Counted from the stretch's first letter, positions 21,130 to 41,417 are shown. The stretch: 64,000 nt of DNA from the human T2T-CHM13v2.0 reference genome, Homo sapiens (GCF_009914755.1 NC_060928.1), one strand, 5' to 3'. Made by a program: numbers and translations. The notes: a model not told the origin generated them from the sequence alone.

Positions 21130-21705
21130 CAAGTAATGTTACAGTGGAGAAACGCAGCAGACCCCACCTAACCAAGTGATCAAAGATATCACTGACAGAA
21201 AAAGTCACGTTGATATCATCTATCCCCTGAAAAGATATGATGGGAAGGGCACTTCCGTTCTGTCATACATTTCCAAAACATCCACAACTTCAGCCTGTTA
21301 ATGAAAACACATCAGATAAACCTCAATTGAAGAACATTTTACAAAATACCTGACCATCACTCACCAAAAGTATCAAAATCATGAGAGATAAGACAACAAA
21401 ACAAGAAATTACACAGATGACAAGAAACGAAGGATACCTGACAGTTAAATGTGATGAGGTGCCCTGCATTGGATCATGCCACAGAGAAAGTGCATTAGTA
21501 GAAAAACTGGTGAAATCCATATGAGTCTATAATTTAGTTCACAGGAATGTCTCAATGATAATTTCTTAGTTTTGACAAATGTGCCATGGTTATGTAAGAT
21601 GCTGGAATTAGGGGGAGGTGAGTGAAGGGTATATAAGAACTCCTTTGTGCAATCTCTGGAGCTGTTTGATAAAACTGAAATTATTTTAAAATAAAAAGTT
21701 TTTGA
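21130..21705 (+). mobile_element. Old L1M (L1MC-like) 3' end
   Basis: Typical L1MC 3'UTR wording, ending AAATTATTTTAAAATAAAAAGTTTTT. Confidence 0.6.
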
Positions 21706-22519
21706 AAAATGTCTGCAGAGCTGCCTGGCATCAGCCCCCCTGACACCTTTCCCTCTACCCTCACCCAAGCAGTAGCATCATTTTTTTCTAAGACTGACCT
21801 TGGAATTCTGCTTTCTAAAGAAACAGAAAGATACTCCTGAGAAGGGCAAACTTTCTAATTGTAGGTATTGGTGGAGCTCACATGTGCAAGGAGAAGCATC
21901 ACCCCTTCTGTCTGTCCTGGTCTGTACAGACTGACATCAAGCCTGCTGGCTGAGAGCCCCATCCCCAGGTGGAAAACTCAGTCAACCTTCCCCTTGTTGG
22001 GGAAGCTGAGAGACCATACACAGCCACACAAGCATGGCAGAACCCATGGGGCCACCTACGTTCATCAGCTTGGTCCTTTATTGATCAATTGAAAGCACAG
22101 GCCAGGATCACCCAGGCACTGGGGGGAATCAGTAGCACAAAAGAAAGGGAGCAGGCAAGATACACACAGAGAAGCTCTCCACAAAGGACATAGTAGATAT
22201 GGGGAAGAGAAGAGAACTTTAACAGATTGAATTCATCTCCTCAAAAAGATATGAGAAGACATTGCAGCTATAAAACAACAGAACAAACTACTCTGAAAAA
22301 GAATGAAAGAATATGAAGGAATTTTTGAAAGGTGATGGCTATCCTGAGTATATGGAGAAAACAGAGACCACACAAATTATATGGATGTATTAAATTATCA
22401 CTTGTACCCAAAGACTGTATACATCTATTATGCATCAGTAAAAGTTTTTTCAATTATTGTCAAGATAGAAAATTCAATAAAAGAGCTGAAGGAATAAGTA
22501 GGAGAAATCCCACAGAACT

Positions 22520-25103
22520 TCAATCATCTCAGTAAACAGAGAAAAAGCTTCTGATAAAATCCAACATCCCTTCATGACACAAACTCTCAATATCCTGGGG
22601 ATTGAAGGAATATACCTCAAAATAATAAGGGGCCATCTATGACAAAGCCACAGCCAACATCATACCGAAAGGGCAAAAGCTCAAACAATTCCCTTTGAGA
22701 AATGGAACAAGACAAGGATGCCCACTCTCACTACTCCTGTTCAGCACAGTACTGGAAGTCCTAGCCACAGCAATCAGGCAAGAGAAAGAAACAAAAGGCA
22801 TCCAAATAGCAAAGTTATCTCCCTTTGCTGATGACATGATTCTATACCTAGAAAATCCTGAAGACTCTGCCAGAAAGCTCCTAGAATTGATAAGTCAATT
22901 TAGTAAAGTTTCAGCATACAAAATCAATGTAAAAAATCAGTAGCATTTCTATACAGCAACAATGTCCAGGCTGAGTGCCAAATCAAGAACATGGCCTCAC
23001 TTATAATACCCACAAAGAAAATGAAATACCTAGAAATACAGCTAACAAAGGAGGTAAAAGATCTCTTCAAGGAGAACTACAAAACACTTCTGAAAGAAAT
23101 CAGAGACCACACAAATAAATGGAAAAACATTCCATGTGCATGAGTTGGAAGACTCAGTATAAATATGGCCATACTGCCAAAAGCAATGTATAGATTCAAT
23201 GCTATTCCTATCAAACTACCAACATCATTATTCACAGAATTAGGAAAAAAACTATTCTAAAATTTATATGGAACCAAAAAAGAGCCCGAAGAGCCAAAAG
23301 CAATCCTAAGCAAAAAGAACAAAGCTGGAGGCATTACACTATTTGACCTCAAACTATACTATAAAGCCACAGTAACCAAAACAGCTTGGTACTGGTACAA
23401 AAACAGACACATAGGCCAATGGAGCAAAATGGCAAACTCAGAAATAAAACTGCACAAGTACAACCATCTCATCTTCAAGAATGCTGACAAAAAGAAGCAA
23501 TGACAAAAGGACTCCCTATTCAATAAATGGTGCTGGGATAACTGTCAACCCATATGCAGAAGATTAAAACCCCCTACCTTTTACTATATAAAAAAATTAA
23601 CTCAAAAGACATTAAAGATTTAAATGTAAAACCTCAAACTGTAAAAATCCTGGAAGATAACCTAGAAAATATCTTCTCGACACCGGTCTTGGCAAATAAG
23701 TTTTGGCTAAGTCCCCAAAAGCAATTGCAGTGAAAACAAAAATAGACAAGTGGCACCTAATTAAACTAAAGAGCTTCTGCACAGTAAGAGAAACTATTAA
23801 AATAGCAAACAGACAACCTACAGAATGGGAGAAAATATTCACAGACTATACATCCAACAAAAGCCTGATATTCAGAGTTCATAGGGAAATTAAATCAATA
23901 AGCAAAAAATATAAAGCCCCCCCCCCCAAAATGGGCAAAGAACATGAAGGGACACTTCTTAAAAGACGACATACAGCCAGAAAACATATGAAAAAATGCT
24001 CAGCATCACGAATCATCAGAGAAATGCAAATCAAAACCTCAATGAGATACCATCTCACACCAGTCAGAATGGCTAGTATTAAAAGGCCAGGCAACAACAG
24101 TTGCTGGTGAGGCTGCAGCAGAAAGGGAATGCTTATTCACTGTTGGTGGGAATGTAAATTAGTACATCCACTGTGGGAAGCAGTCTGGAGATTTCTCAAA
24201 ACAAACAAGCAACAGACAAACAAACTGAAAACAGAGCTACATTCAACCCAGCAATCCCATTACTGGGTGTATACCCAAAAGAAAACAAATCATTCTACCA
24301 AAAAGATACTTGCACTCATATATTCACTGTTGTGCTATTCACAATAGCAAGGACATGGAATCAACCCAGATGCTCATCAATGGTAGACTGGATAAAGAAA
24401 ATGTGGTATAGGCTGGGCACGGTGGCTTGTGCCTGTAATCTCAGCACTTCGGGAGGATGAGGCAGGTGGATCACTTGAGGTCAGGAGTTTGAGACCAGCC
24501 TGGCCAACATGGAGAAACCTCATATCTACTAAAAATACAAAAATTAGCTGGGCATGGTGGCTCACACCTGTAATCCCAGCTACGCCGGACGCTGGGGCGC
24601 GAGAATGGCTTGAATCTGGGAGGTGGATGTTGCAGTGAGCCAAGACTGTGTCACTGCACTCCAAACTAGGAGACAGAGAAAAATTCTGTCTCTAAAAAAA
24701 AGAAAGAAAAAAGAAAAGGTGCTACATATACACCGTGGAATACCACACCATGCAGACATAAAAAAGAATGAAATCATGTTCTTTGTAGCAACATGGATGG
24801 AGCTGGAGGCCCTAATCCTAAACAAATTAATGCAAGAACAGAAAACCAAATACTGCATGTTCTCACTTATATGTAGTAGCTAAGCACTGAGCACACATGG
24901 ACATAAATATGGGGAAAACAGACACTGTGGACCACTACAGGGTGGAGGAGTGGATGAATTAAAGAAAAAACTACCTCTTGGGTACAATGCTCACTACCAG
25001 AGTGAAGGGATCCATGCTCCAAACCCCAGGATCATACAATATTCCTATGTAACAGATTAGCAAATATGCTCCCTGTATCTAAAATAAAAGCTGAAATAAA
25101 AAA
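22520..25103 (+). mobile_element. 5'-truncated older primate L1 (L1PA15-16/L1PB-like), ORF2 3' half plus 3'UTR
   Basis: Degenerate RT peptides ([36 protein letters not shown]), ending CTAAAATAAAAGCTGAAATAAAAAA. Confidence 0.92.
24411..24712 (+). mobile_element. Alu inserted in the old L1
   Basis: Dimer with degenerate TSD AAGAAAATGTGGTATA / AAGAAAAGGTGCTACA. Confidence 0.93.
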
Positions 25104-25450
25104 GGGACTATGAGAAAAATCTGATTGGGAAATTGAGACACAGAAGATCAATAATATTAATAATAACAGTGAGGTGTATTGAGTGTTCACTATATGCTAA
25201 GCAGTGTACTAAGCACTTTGCACACACATACACACAAAATTTTCACAACCCAATGAGACACATGAAGTCAGGATTTCTATTTTATAGAAAAGGAAACTGA
25301 GGCACAGAGATGAGGAATGACTTTCCTTCACACAGCTAGTGAAGGAAAACACCAGATCTCAAACCTAGGCCTAAGCCACTTTCCTACTCTGCTACTCCCA
25401 CCAGTGGCTTCATCTCCAAGTAGTCTAACCAAACTACTTGGCTCAGTACA

Positions 25451-27667
25451 TGTATTAGTCATTTCCATACTGCTATGAAGAAATACCAGAGACTGGGCAA
25501 TTTATAAAGAAAAGAGGTTTAATGGACTCACAGCTCCATATGGCTGGGGAGGTCTCACAATCATGGTGAAAGGTGAATGAGGAGCAAAGGCACATCTTAC
25601 ATGGTGGGAAGCAAGAAAGCATGTGCAGAACTGCCCTTTACAAAACCATCTGATCTCATGAGACTTACTCACTATCATGAGAACACCATGGGAAAGGCCC
25701 ACCCCCATGATTCAATTACCTCCCACCAGATCCCTCCCACAACACATGGGGATTATAGGAGCTACAATTCAAGATGAGATTTGGGTGGGGACACAGTCAA
25801 ACCGTATCATTCCACTTCTGGCCCTTGCAAAATCTCATGTCTTCACATTTCAAAACCAATCATGCCTTCCCAACAGTCCCCAAAAATCTTGACTTGTTTC
25901 AGCATTAACTCAAAAGTCCACAGTCCAAACTCTCATCTAAGATGAGTCAAGTCCCTTCTGCCTATGAGCCTGTATGATCAAAAGGAAGTTAGTTACTTCC
26001 TAGATACAATGGGGGTACAGGCACTGGTTAAATACGCCCATTCCAAACGGGAGAAATTGGCCAAAATGAAGGGCCTACAGGCCTCATGCAAGTCCAAAAT
26101 CCAGTGGGACAGTCAAATCTTAAAGCTCCAAATAATCTACTTTGACTCCATGTCACACATCCAGGTCACACTGATGCAAGAGGTGGGTTCCCACAGTCTT
26201 GGGCAGCTCTGGTCCTGTGGCTTTGCAGGGTACAGCTCTCCTCCTGGCTGCTTTCACAGGCTGGCGTTAAGTGTCTATGGCTTTTCCAGGTGCAAGGTGC
26301 AAGCTGTTGGTGAATCTACCATTCTGGGGTCTGGAGGACAGTGGCCCTCTTCTCACAGCTCCCAAGGCAGTGTCCCAGTGGGGACTGTGCGGGGGCTCCC
26401 ACCCACCATTACCCTTCTGCAACTGCCCTAGCAGAGGTTCTCCATGAGGACCCTGCCCCTGCAGCACACCTCTCTCTGGACATCCAGGTGTTTCCATACA
26501 TCCTCTGAAATCTAGGTGGAGGTTCCCAAACCTAAATTCCTAACTTCTGTGCATGCAAAGGCTCAGCACCATGTGGAAGCCACCAAGGCTTGGGGTTTGC
26601 ATCCTCTGAAGCAATGGCCTGAGCTATATGTTGCCTCCTTTTAGCCTTGGCTGGGATGCAGGGCACCAAGTCCTGAGACTGCACAAAGCAGCAATGCCCT
26701 AGGCCTGGCCCAGGAAACCATTTTTCCCTCCTAGTCCTCTGGGTCTGTGATGGGAGGCATGAAGGTCTCTGACATGCCCTGGAGACATTTTTCCCATTGT
26801 CTTGCTGATTAACATTGGGATCCACATTACTTATGCAAATTTCTGCAGTGGGCTTGAATTTCTCCCCAGAAAATGGGTTTTTCTTTTCTTCTGCATCTTC
26901 AGGCTGCAAATATTTCAAAGTTTTATGCTTTGCTTCCTCCTGAATACTTTGCTGCTTAGAAATGTCTTCCTCCAGATATCCTAAATCATCTCTCTCAAAT
27001 TCTAAGTTCCACAGGTCTCTAGGGCAGGGGCAAAATGCCACCAGTCTCTTTGCATAGCAAGAGTGACCTCTACTCCAGTTCCCAACAAGTTTCTCATCTC
27101 CATCTGAGACCACCTCAGCCTGGACTTTTTGGTCAAAACCATTCAACAAGTCACTAGGAAGCTCCAAACTTCCCCACATCTTCCTGTCTTCATCTGAGCC
27201 CTCCAAACTGTTCTAGCATCTGCCTGTTACCCAGTTCCTAAGTTACTTCCACATTTCTGGGTATCTTAATAGCAGTGCCCCCACTCTACTGGCACCAACT
27301 TACTGTATCAGTCCATTTTTATACTGCTATGAAGAAATTCCTGAGACTAGGTAATTTATAAAGAAAAAGAGGTTTCATGAACTCACAGATCCACATGGCT
27401 GGAGAGGCCTCACAATCATGGCAGAAGGTAAAGGAGGAGCAAAGGCATGTCTTACATTATGGCAGACAAGGGAGCATGTGCAGGGGAATTGCCCTTTATA
27501 AAACCATCAGTTCTCGTGAGAACTAACTCACTGTCATGAGAACGGCATGGGAAAACCCGCCCCCATGATTTAATTGCCTCCAATCGCGTTCATCCCACAA
27601 CATGTGGGGATTATGGGAGCTACAATTCAAGCTGAGATTTCGGTGGGGACACAGCCAAACCATATCA
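25451..27667 (-). mobile_element. Complete THE1 (MaLR) provirus: LTR 25451-25809, internal ~25810-27303, LTR 27304-27667
   Basis: Two ~360-bp direct repeats TGTAT...TATCA, near TSD GTACA/GTAAA, THE1-int ORF remnant (MEGSDEDRKMWGSLELP...) at 27206-26532. Confidence 0.93.
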
Positions 27668-28740
27668 GTAAAAAATTATATTCATATAAACATAACATTG
27701 CAAAAGTTTTTAATGGCTTAAAAATTTTAGAATCAAACCACGGACAAAGCACAGATGCTTTCCTTGTATTCAGTAAAGAGGATGTGCTTGTAAGGTAGCT
27801 GATGGAAGTCAGGAGTGGGGGTATGGAGTAAAGAGAAAGAATTGGCAATGTGCTAACCAACTCATTTTTCACAATGGGAGTCCACAGGCACGCTTTCAAA
27901 GTGATGAAATAAGAAATAGAGTTTATTATCATCCCCATTATATTATGATGATTATATCTTGTTAGTGTTGTTATACTGACTTTATAAAGTTAATGGGGGC
28001 AGATCTAGATTTTGAATGGCTGGAGCCTATATAACTTGGGGTTTCTCTTTAAAGAACATGAGTACATACTGCAAATTCGAAATTAGGTCCAGAACATTGG
28101 AAGGAGCCTGAGAAATTAAAGGTCCTGAAGCTGAAACTACTTTCTATTTACAGTCAGTCTACCTCTAGTTTCAATTAGAAACCAAATGAAGAAAACTAAA
28201 AAAAATGTAGGAGGAAAGGGAATGTAGATTACAGAGCAAGTTCCTTTTCAATGTAAAGAATAAGTAAATAATATCAAAAAAGTATGTATATATAATTATC
28301 AAAGCACACAGATATGAATATATAAAACTGGATGATAATCAGAAAAAAATAAAAGCAGAAACAGTTAAACGGTATTTCTGCTGCAAGACTCATCTGGAGG
28401 TGGTGTAGTGGCAATGGGGAGATTTTATTTTTCACTTCATCCCATTCAGAACTGCTGTGGGAAAAACTCCCCTCCATCCTCTTAAGGGCCTGGCTGAGTT
28501 CCACAATTAAACTGACAGAAGATAGGCTAACACAAGTTTTGTATGGCCTGGGAAACTTCATAAAGAAACAGAGACCCACAGAAGCAGTTGCAGTCAGTTA
28601 CAAGATTGAACAAAGAATAGCAAACTGTGAACATGTGATAAAGCAAAACGTCCTGGGCTAGGGTGGTTAATTGGGTAAAGTAGCCAGGATGGCAAGGGTT
28701 AGTTTAACAAAGCTTGTTTGTACAGAATTCCTTCAGCCTC

Positions 28741-29081
<341 letters not shown>

Positions 29082-29616
29082 TCAGCTTCACCTATCTTGT
29101 CCTTCATGATAAGAATTTTGCCTCTTCTCTAGTGTAGGGAGGACATTTTTCACATGGGCATCTCATCTTCTGCTTTTAAGTTTTGGAGTCAAGAGGGCAG
29201 TGGTTGAGATGTCTAGATGTTGGGTTCAAAGAATCTCCAACTGGAGTGGGACAGGCAGTGACCATCTGGCAGGTTTCCCTGGTTGGCTGTTTGCATGTTG
29301 AAATGGTTGTTCATGTATGAGCTGTTACAGTGACTTCTCTGAAGTCTGTATCAAAGTGTCCAGTTTCAGCTTACAGGAATTCCAGAAAAGGACAGTTTTA
29401 ACTTTTAGTGATTCCAAGTCAGAAGAGTGGGAGAAAATTGGAAATAGTAGTTTGGATACTAATAGCCAGATACTGGAGGAAACTAGAAGAATTTAGAATC
29501 TAGTCACTATTAGAGATAAATAAAAACCTCAAAAACAATGAGTAGGACTAATGTATCCATCTAATAATGGATACTGTATAGTTTTCTTCTGAAATATAAT
29601 TTTTTCTCTCTAAAAT

Positions 29617-29978
29617 TGAGACACCCAGGTGGGAGGGGGGTCCCTGGAAAAATTCCAACTGGCCTGTGCACTGGGAATGTGCACTGGGGTGGAGCCACAG
29701 AAGTTCATGCCCTTTGCAGCGGGGAGGAGCCCGGCCCATCCTCTTCCTGTTTGGGACCTGGGATTCAAGCTGCGAGGTGGGAAGTACACAAGAGAAACTC
29801 TGGCCGTACACGAGAGAAACTCTGGCCTTACAGAGAGTCCCTGTTTCCCCCTTTTTTTTCTTTTCACCCAATAAAACCCTGCCCTGCTCACCCTTCAATT
29901 TGTCTGCAAACTTAAATTTTCACGGCCATGTGATAAGATCCCCTGTCTTTAGCTGAACTAAGGAGAAGTCCTGCAACA
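29617..29978 (+). mobile_element. MER61-like ERV1 solo LTR
   Basis: TGAGACACCCAGGTGGGAGGGGG...AATAAAACCCTG...TTTAGCTGAACTAAGGAGAAGTCCTGCAACA. Confidence 0.75.
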
Positions 29979-31620
29979 GAGTCACCACATTTTTACCAAA
30001 GGTAATCAACATAAAGCTGATTTGTTAGTCAAATAATGTATTCTCATTAAACTTGGCCTGATTATTTACATAAGTGCAGCAAGAATAGTGATGGATCATT
30101 TAGGCTTTTTAAAAAGTCTACTTTGCTGGAATCTCAGATTGTACATTTAAAAGCATCTAAAGGACAGGAAGCCAAGTCCAGGACTTAGCATTAGACTTCA
30201 TCTGTGATACCTGTAGATTTGGTGAATTCCTCTCTTCTCGAGGTTCCCAAAATATCCTGAGGGCTTGGGGCCTGTCAGAAAGTGACATTCCTTACTCAGC
30301 TATAAAGCCAAGAGCCTTTTAAAGCCAGGTACCAGGCCAGCTTTTCCAAGAAAGCTTTATAAGCATTGGCTCCATAAAGTCAACCTTAGTTCCTTAAAGT
30401 CATCTAGTCATATCTGGAAATGTGATATTCCAGTCAAAGCCTTAATAATATAACCTATGTTTCCAATTATGTCCTGTTATAATGAGAACAGATTCTTACT
30501 GAACTCATGTAGGCAACCACATTGCCATGAAAATAAGAATACTCACTGACAGTTTCTAAATTTGGGAAGGATCTGGTAGGAAAAAAAGATAAATGGCTCT
30601 TTTATGTTTACTAAGGTATGCCTTACTAACTTGCTATAAGCTATACATTGTTAAGAGAAAAAAAGAAAACTTTTGTTAAATCTGTAAAGCATGATGTTAA
30701 AGAATCATCAGTGTTTTAGACAAAAGTCATAAAAAGTTATCTTCATCAGTTTGTTTAGTCCCATGTAATTAACTCTTATTCTGCTGGATTTTGTGATAGT
30801 ACTTCCAAGAACCCATCGGTTTCTTCATTGGAGTTCTGGAAATTCTTACCCCGTCTGGCTATACGGTCTTAAAGTTACTAGAAAACTGTGTTTTAGAGTA
30901 CTTGTCAGGGGCTTTTTCTATGACTCTGTTTGAAACAGTAGCAACTTTAGCCAGTAGCTGATTGTAAATGCCTTCAGGAAGAATCAAAATAAACAATAGC
31001 TGTCTGTGAATAACGAAAGACTCAAAATGGCCATGGTTAAGGATCTGATAAGAGTTCACTAAAATGATGATTAAACTGACAAGGAATTTGGTTATTCCTA
31101 TGACATACAACATTTTAACATGCTAACTAGAATCATTGCTGGTAATGTATTAGAACATATCACATTTCCAGGAATTTTATATAATTTTTAGAACACTTAT
31201 ATTAATGATATACATTCATATAAATATAACATGAAGGTTAAATATCATTTTGACTATGTTTCCATATACTTTAATATATCAAATAAGCGTAATTCGTTTA
31301 CTATCTTCCTTAGTGTAAGGAGAGAAAACAACTCTTTTGTAATCCTCCAGATAACCATCTGCAAAATTCTAAAGTTTGCTCAAGGTCAAATAGATTTTAT
31401 TTAGAATTTGGTTTTGGAAAGTTTATCAAAAATGTCAAAAAGTTAAAATAATTAATTAAAACACGATCGTAGATCGTGAAATAATACCAAAGTGACAAAA
31501 GATTTCAGAGGCAAATACAGAAAGTTACATCATTATTAAAAAAAAAAAAAAAAACTTTAGCTTTGTTCATATTGAGAAAACTTAGTTTACTTAAGTAATC
31601 AAAGACAATAAAGACAATAT

Positions 31621-37540
<5,920 letters not shown>

Positions 37541-38155
37541 TATTGCTGGTTTAATTAAATCAGCAAACTTTAAGTAGGTTTTTATTTACCAAAGATTATG
37601 TAAAACCACGTGAACTTGAAAAACACTTAGGTTAGTTTCTCTTTTTCTGAGATAACAATTTATATAAGTTTTTTTTTCTTTTAAGCCAAATCTTCACATA
37701 GGTACCAATAGGACAGTTACTTAGGATGAGAGTTCTCTTAAAAAAAATACTTTTAGATACAAAAGTCCAAATTTTCAAAGGTATACCTACTTCAGTTTTG
37801 ACTCAAAACTGATCATCTTTTTATGGTTTAATCATGGACAAAAGAGGCATCCATAAAGAGGGTACAGAAGTCCCACCCCCACCCCAGATCCAAAGTTTCC
37901 TCCAAGGATACCTAAGAAAGTGAAGACCCTCATTGTTAACAGGGCAACAAAGGCTGAGACAATTACGACAAACTGTCCTGAGAGCTGGCACAGTTCATAC
38001 AAAGAGACACTTCTTGTTTCAGAATCCTGGAGAGCTGGCTAACTGCTGGGCACAAGCCCAACAGCTTGAGCCCCAGGCTGATAGAAACCAAAGAGCACAT
38101 TTTCACTGATTACAAAGCCAAGCTCTTATGACTTCAGAGAAGATGAAGCAGAGTC

Positions 38156-38672
38156 TGATGCAGGACAGGTGAGCCTCAAAATTGGGGATCAACCTGAGAG
38201 GGTTGTTGGCTTCACCCAGGAACGAACTCAAGGGTGAGCCAGTGGTGACAGAAAGCAGTGTTTATGGAGCCAGTGCTGCTCCTTGCAGAGCAGGGCTAAC
38301 CCATAAGCAGTGTGCCCAGAGTCAGCAATGTGTAAGCTGTTGGCAGCTGTATTTATACCCACTTTTAATTATATGCTAATTAAGAGGTGGATTATTCAGA
38401 ACATTCTGGAAAAGGGGCCGAGAGCGTCCAGAACCATATATGGTAACTTCCAGGCCATTGCTATGGCCCATTGCCATGGCATGTGTAAACTGTCACGGCA
38501 CCCATGGGAATGTCTTTATGCTAATGAGTAGTGAGGGCAACTACAGGTCACTTTCATGGCCATCTGCTTATTTTGGCTGGCTTCTTCACTGCATTCTGTT
38601 TCAACCATATCCTTTCAAACCAGATCAGTGAGGTCATGACCAGAAAACAAGCCCTGCCAGCCTCCTACCTCA
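38156..38672 (-). mobile_element. ERV1 solo LTR (MER66-like, tentative) nested in the older provirus, directly upstream of the C4orf6 ORF
   Basis: TG...CA bounded 517-bp block with near TSD AGTC/AATC; the minus strand begins TGAGGTAGGAGGCTGGCAGGGCTTGTTTTC. Confidence 0.65.
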
Positions 38673-38770
38673 AATCTAATTAATTATAATTTTCTTCCTT
38701 ATGACAACCCACACAAAAGACAGAGATAAGAAAAACAAGGACTTCCTGGGAGGCTGTGGATCAATTACCA

Positions 38771-38936
38771 ATGGACACCCAGAAGCAAATTCACAAGACT
38801 CACAATTCAAAGAACCAATTTTTTACAATTTTTTTTTTCCTGTCAGTTGAATTTGGGAAGGAAGGAACACGCAAAAATTTTTACCTTCTTCTTTCAATTG
38901 GACACTATGGACGGAAATCCAGGAGAGCTGACCTTG
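38771..38936 (+). CDS. LINC01587: C4orf6/LINC01587 putative ORF, coding exon 1 (55 codons + 1 nt); protein-coding status doubtful
   Basis: [55 protein letters not shown], then donor TTG|GTAAGA. Matches my recollection of the 93-aa C4orf6 product. Confidence 0.75.
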
Positions 38937-39655
38937 GTAAGAATTCCTACTTTCTTCCATCATTTATTAGGCCCCTCAGGATCCCATCTGCAGGCTCCAG
39001 AGTGAGTCGGAAGGTGCTCAGCCTTTTAGGACAGAAACTGTTGGGACAGAAGAATACTACTTCACCCTTTTAGGGTCCCAGGAGGGTCCAAGAATTACAT
39101 TGACATAACATAGATTAACAGGAGCAAAGCACAACACAAGTTTTACATAGCATAGGAGCCTCATAAAGAAATAAAGACACAAAGAAGCTGTCAGAGTCAG
39201 TTAATTCTTTACCAGATTTGACAAAGAATTATAAACTGTAAACATGTGATCAGGCAAAGGGTCTTGGGCTAGGGTGGTTAACTGGATAGAGAAGTAGCCA
39301 GCATGACAAGTGTTAGTTGAACAAGGCTTGTTTGTACAAAATTCGTTCCACTTCAACTTTCTTGTCCTTGATGATAAGAACCTTGCTTTTTCTCTAGTGT
39401 AGGGAGGACATCTTTCACATGGGAATTTCATCTTCTGCTTTTAAGAAAATGAAGTTCAGACTGATCTCTTTGCACCTGCTGTTTTTCAAGTGCCTTTAAC
39501 TGAAATAGTCAACCTACCAAAAGAGCATATTTTAGCCCCTTCAGGAATGTTGATTTTGTTTATTTTCACGCATTGCTTTTATAATTATAAAAGCTCATTT
39601 TATAATTATATAAAAGGAGACCTGGGAACACCAGCCTTCTTCCCTCTACATACAG

Positions 39656-39771
39656 GAACTGCAGACACTGCAGATAAAACAGAGCCAGAATGCTTTGCTG
39701 CCAGCTGGACCTTTGACCCAAACCCCAGTGTGACTGTCTCCGGTGCTCACTCAACTGCAGTGCATCAATGA
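39656..39771 (+). CDS. LINC01587: C4orf6/LINC01587 putative ORF, coding exon 2
   Basis: Acceptor CCTTCTTCCCTCTACATACAG|. Phase-1 join gives [38 protein letters not shown]; 166+116 = 282 nt = 93 aa + stop. Donor AAG|GTAACT after 39773. Confidence 0.75.
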
Positions 39772-40827
39772 AGGTAACTTTCTGTCCAGATCATGGAGTC
39801 TACATGAAAAGAAATCAATGCAATCCTATTTTTTTTTTTTTTTACTGCTTTCTCTCTCTCAATTCTTGGATTAAAGAAAAACAGCAGACCCTGATGGTGC
39901 CCAGCTCAGACCCCCTCTGAAGCCTTTTACCAGCCCTGTGCATCCAGCCCAGCCCCTGTATGCCCTGCTGCTAAGTTTCCCCTGAGCACTGGGGCCTTCC
40001 CTGGAGAGCTGGAACAACTTGGCAACTCATTCTCAGCCCTTCCCATCCCCCCTAAGCCACAGCCAGTGACTGACCATTGTGGGAATACAAAAGCCCAGCA
40101 CCTGTGCCTTGGAGAGGACAAACTCTGAGATATCATCTCTGCTTCAGCACACCACTCAAGACCAAGATGAGGCTGGGGTGTCACCCAAGATGATACACTT
40201 GATGAGTCTCCTCTCCTCCCCTATTTGTGCCCCACCCCCAACTCCCTCACTGGTACATCTCGGGAGCACTGCCTCAACAAATCCCTTGCATTGAATCCTT
40301 GGCTCAGGCTCTGCTTCTAGGAGAATATGACCTACTGGGGACAATAGTAATGGTGAATACAGTGGTGAACCAAACAAAGCAGGCTTTGACTTCATGAAGC
40401 TAATGGGGAAGAATAACTATCATTTCATTGATTGGATGCTTGGCACAGAAGGAGGAGTACCTATATTCATAGATGAATTCTGTCAGGCAAGGTGGGGGAG
40501 TTGCTTCAGCCATCCTCTTTGGTGCTTATTCTAAGTGTGCTGTTTCCAGCATCCCAGCTTCTCAAATGCACTGTGCTGCCTTCAGACACAGGGCCTACGG
40601 AAAGTGTGTCCACATTTATTGGGAGGGGGAGAGCCAACCTTCGCCTTTGTGCCAAGTCTCCTAAGAACAAACACGCAGAGCCTGCTCCCAGATGGACAAA
40701 GGTCCAACTCCCTTTGTCTTCCCCTTAGAAGGCAGTCTCCTGAGACTCTGCCTTGAAGAAGTAGGATTGTGTCTGATGTGTTTATGTTTGTGGGGTTTTC
40801 ATGTGTTTTCTTTTTTATCTTCCCTAG

Positions 40828-41225
40828 GAAAAAAGAACTGAGCATTGGCAAAAAGCTGAGGATGACAAGCTTAGGGGATGAAAGGCTGCCTTTTCCCCCC
40901 CTTCTGAGCGTTTCTGACAGCTCCCAGCTGGGAGAAACCAACATGACGAAAAGACAAAGAATACTGGAGAAGAGAGAGGGTGGGCAGAGCCACAACCTCA
41001 TCCTCCCAGTGGTTCCTCTTGAGTTTGATTTGACAAGATGCCTTCCCACCCAGGTAACCCCGTGGGAACGTGCCAGTACCTCACCGCACGACCTCACTGA
41101 GTCCTCACAACAAATCCAGGCTGCAGATTTTTTTCCCCACTTGGAGATGACAAATTGAAATGCAGGAAGGTTAAAGAGTTTGCCTGAGGTTGCTTAGATA
41201 ATAAAAGAATCTGGATTAGAACCCA
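40828..41225 (+). other. LINC01587: Predicted non-coding terminal exon of C4orf6/LINC01587
   Basis: Strong acceptor TTTTCTTTTTTATCTTCCCTAG| at 40827 and AATAAA at 41200-41205. Confidence 0.55.
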
Positions 41226-41417
41226 GACCTACCCAGCTAAACAACTGAGTCCTTTTTTACTGGATTACACCTATCTCATGGGCATAATTTTATCTACAGT
41301 CTCTCTCTATTCCAGTGTTTAAGATAAATCCTGTGAGGGTTAAATGAGATCATGCATGTTCAGCACTTAGCCTGGAGACTGGTGTCAGACAAGCACTCTA
41401 TAAATGCTACCTAGCCT

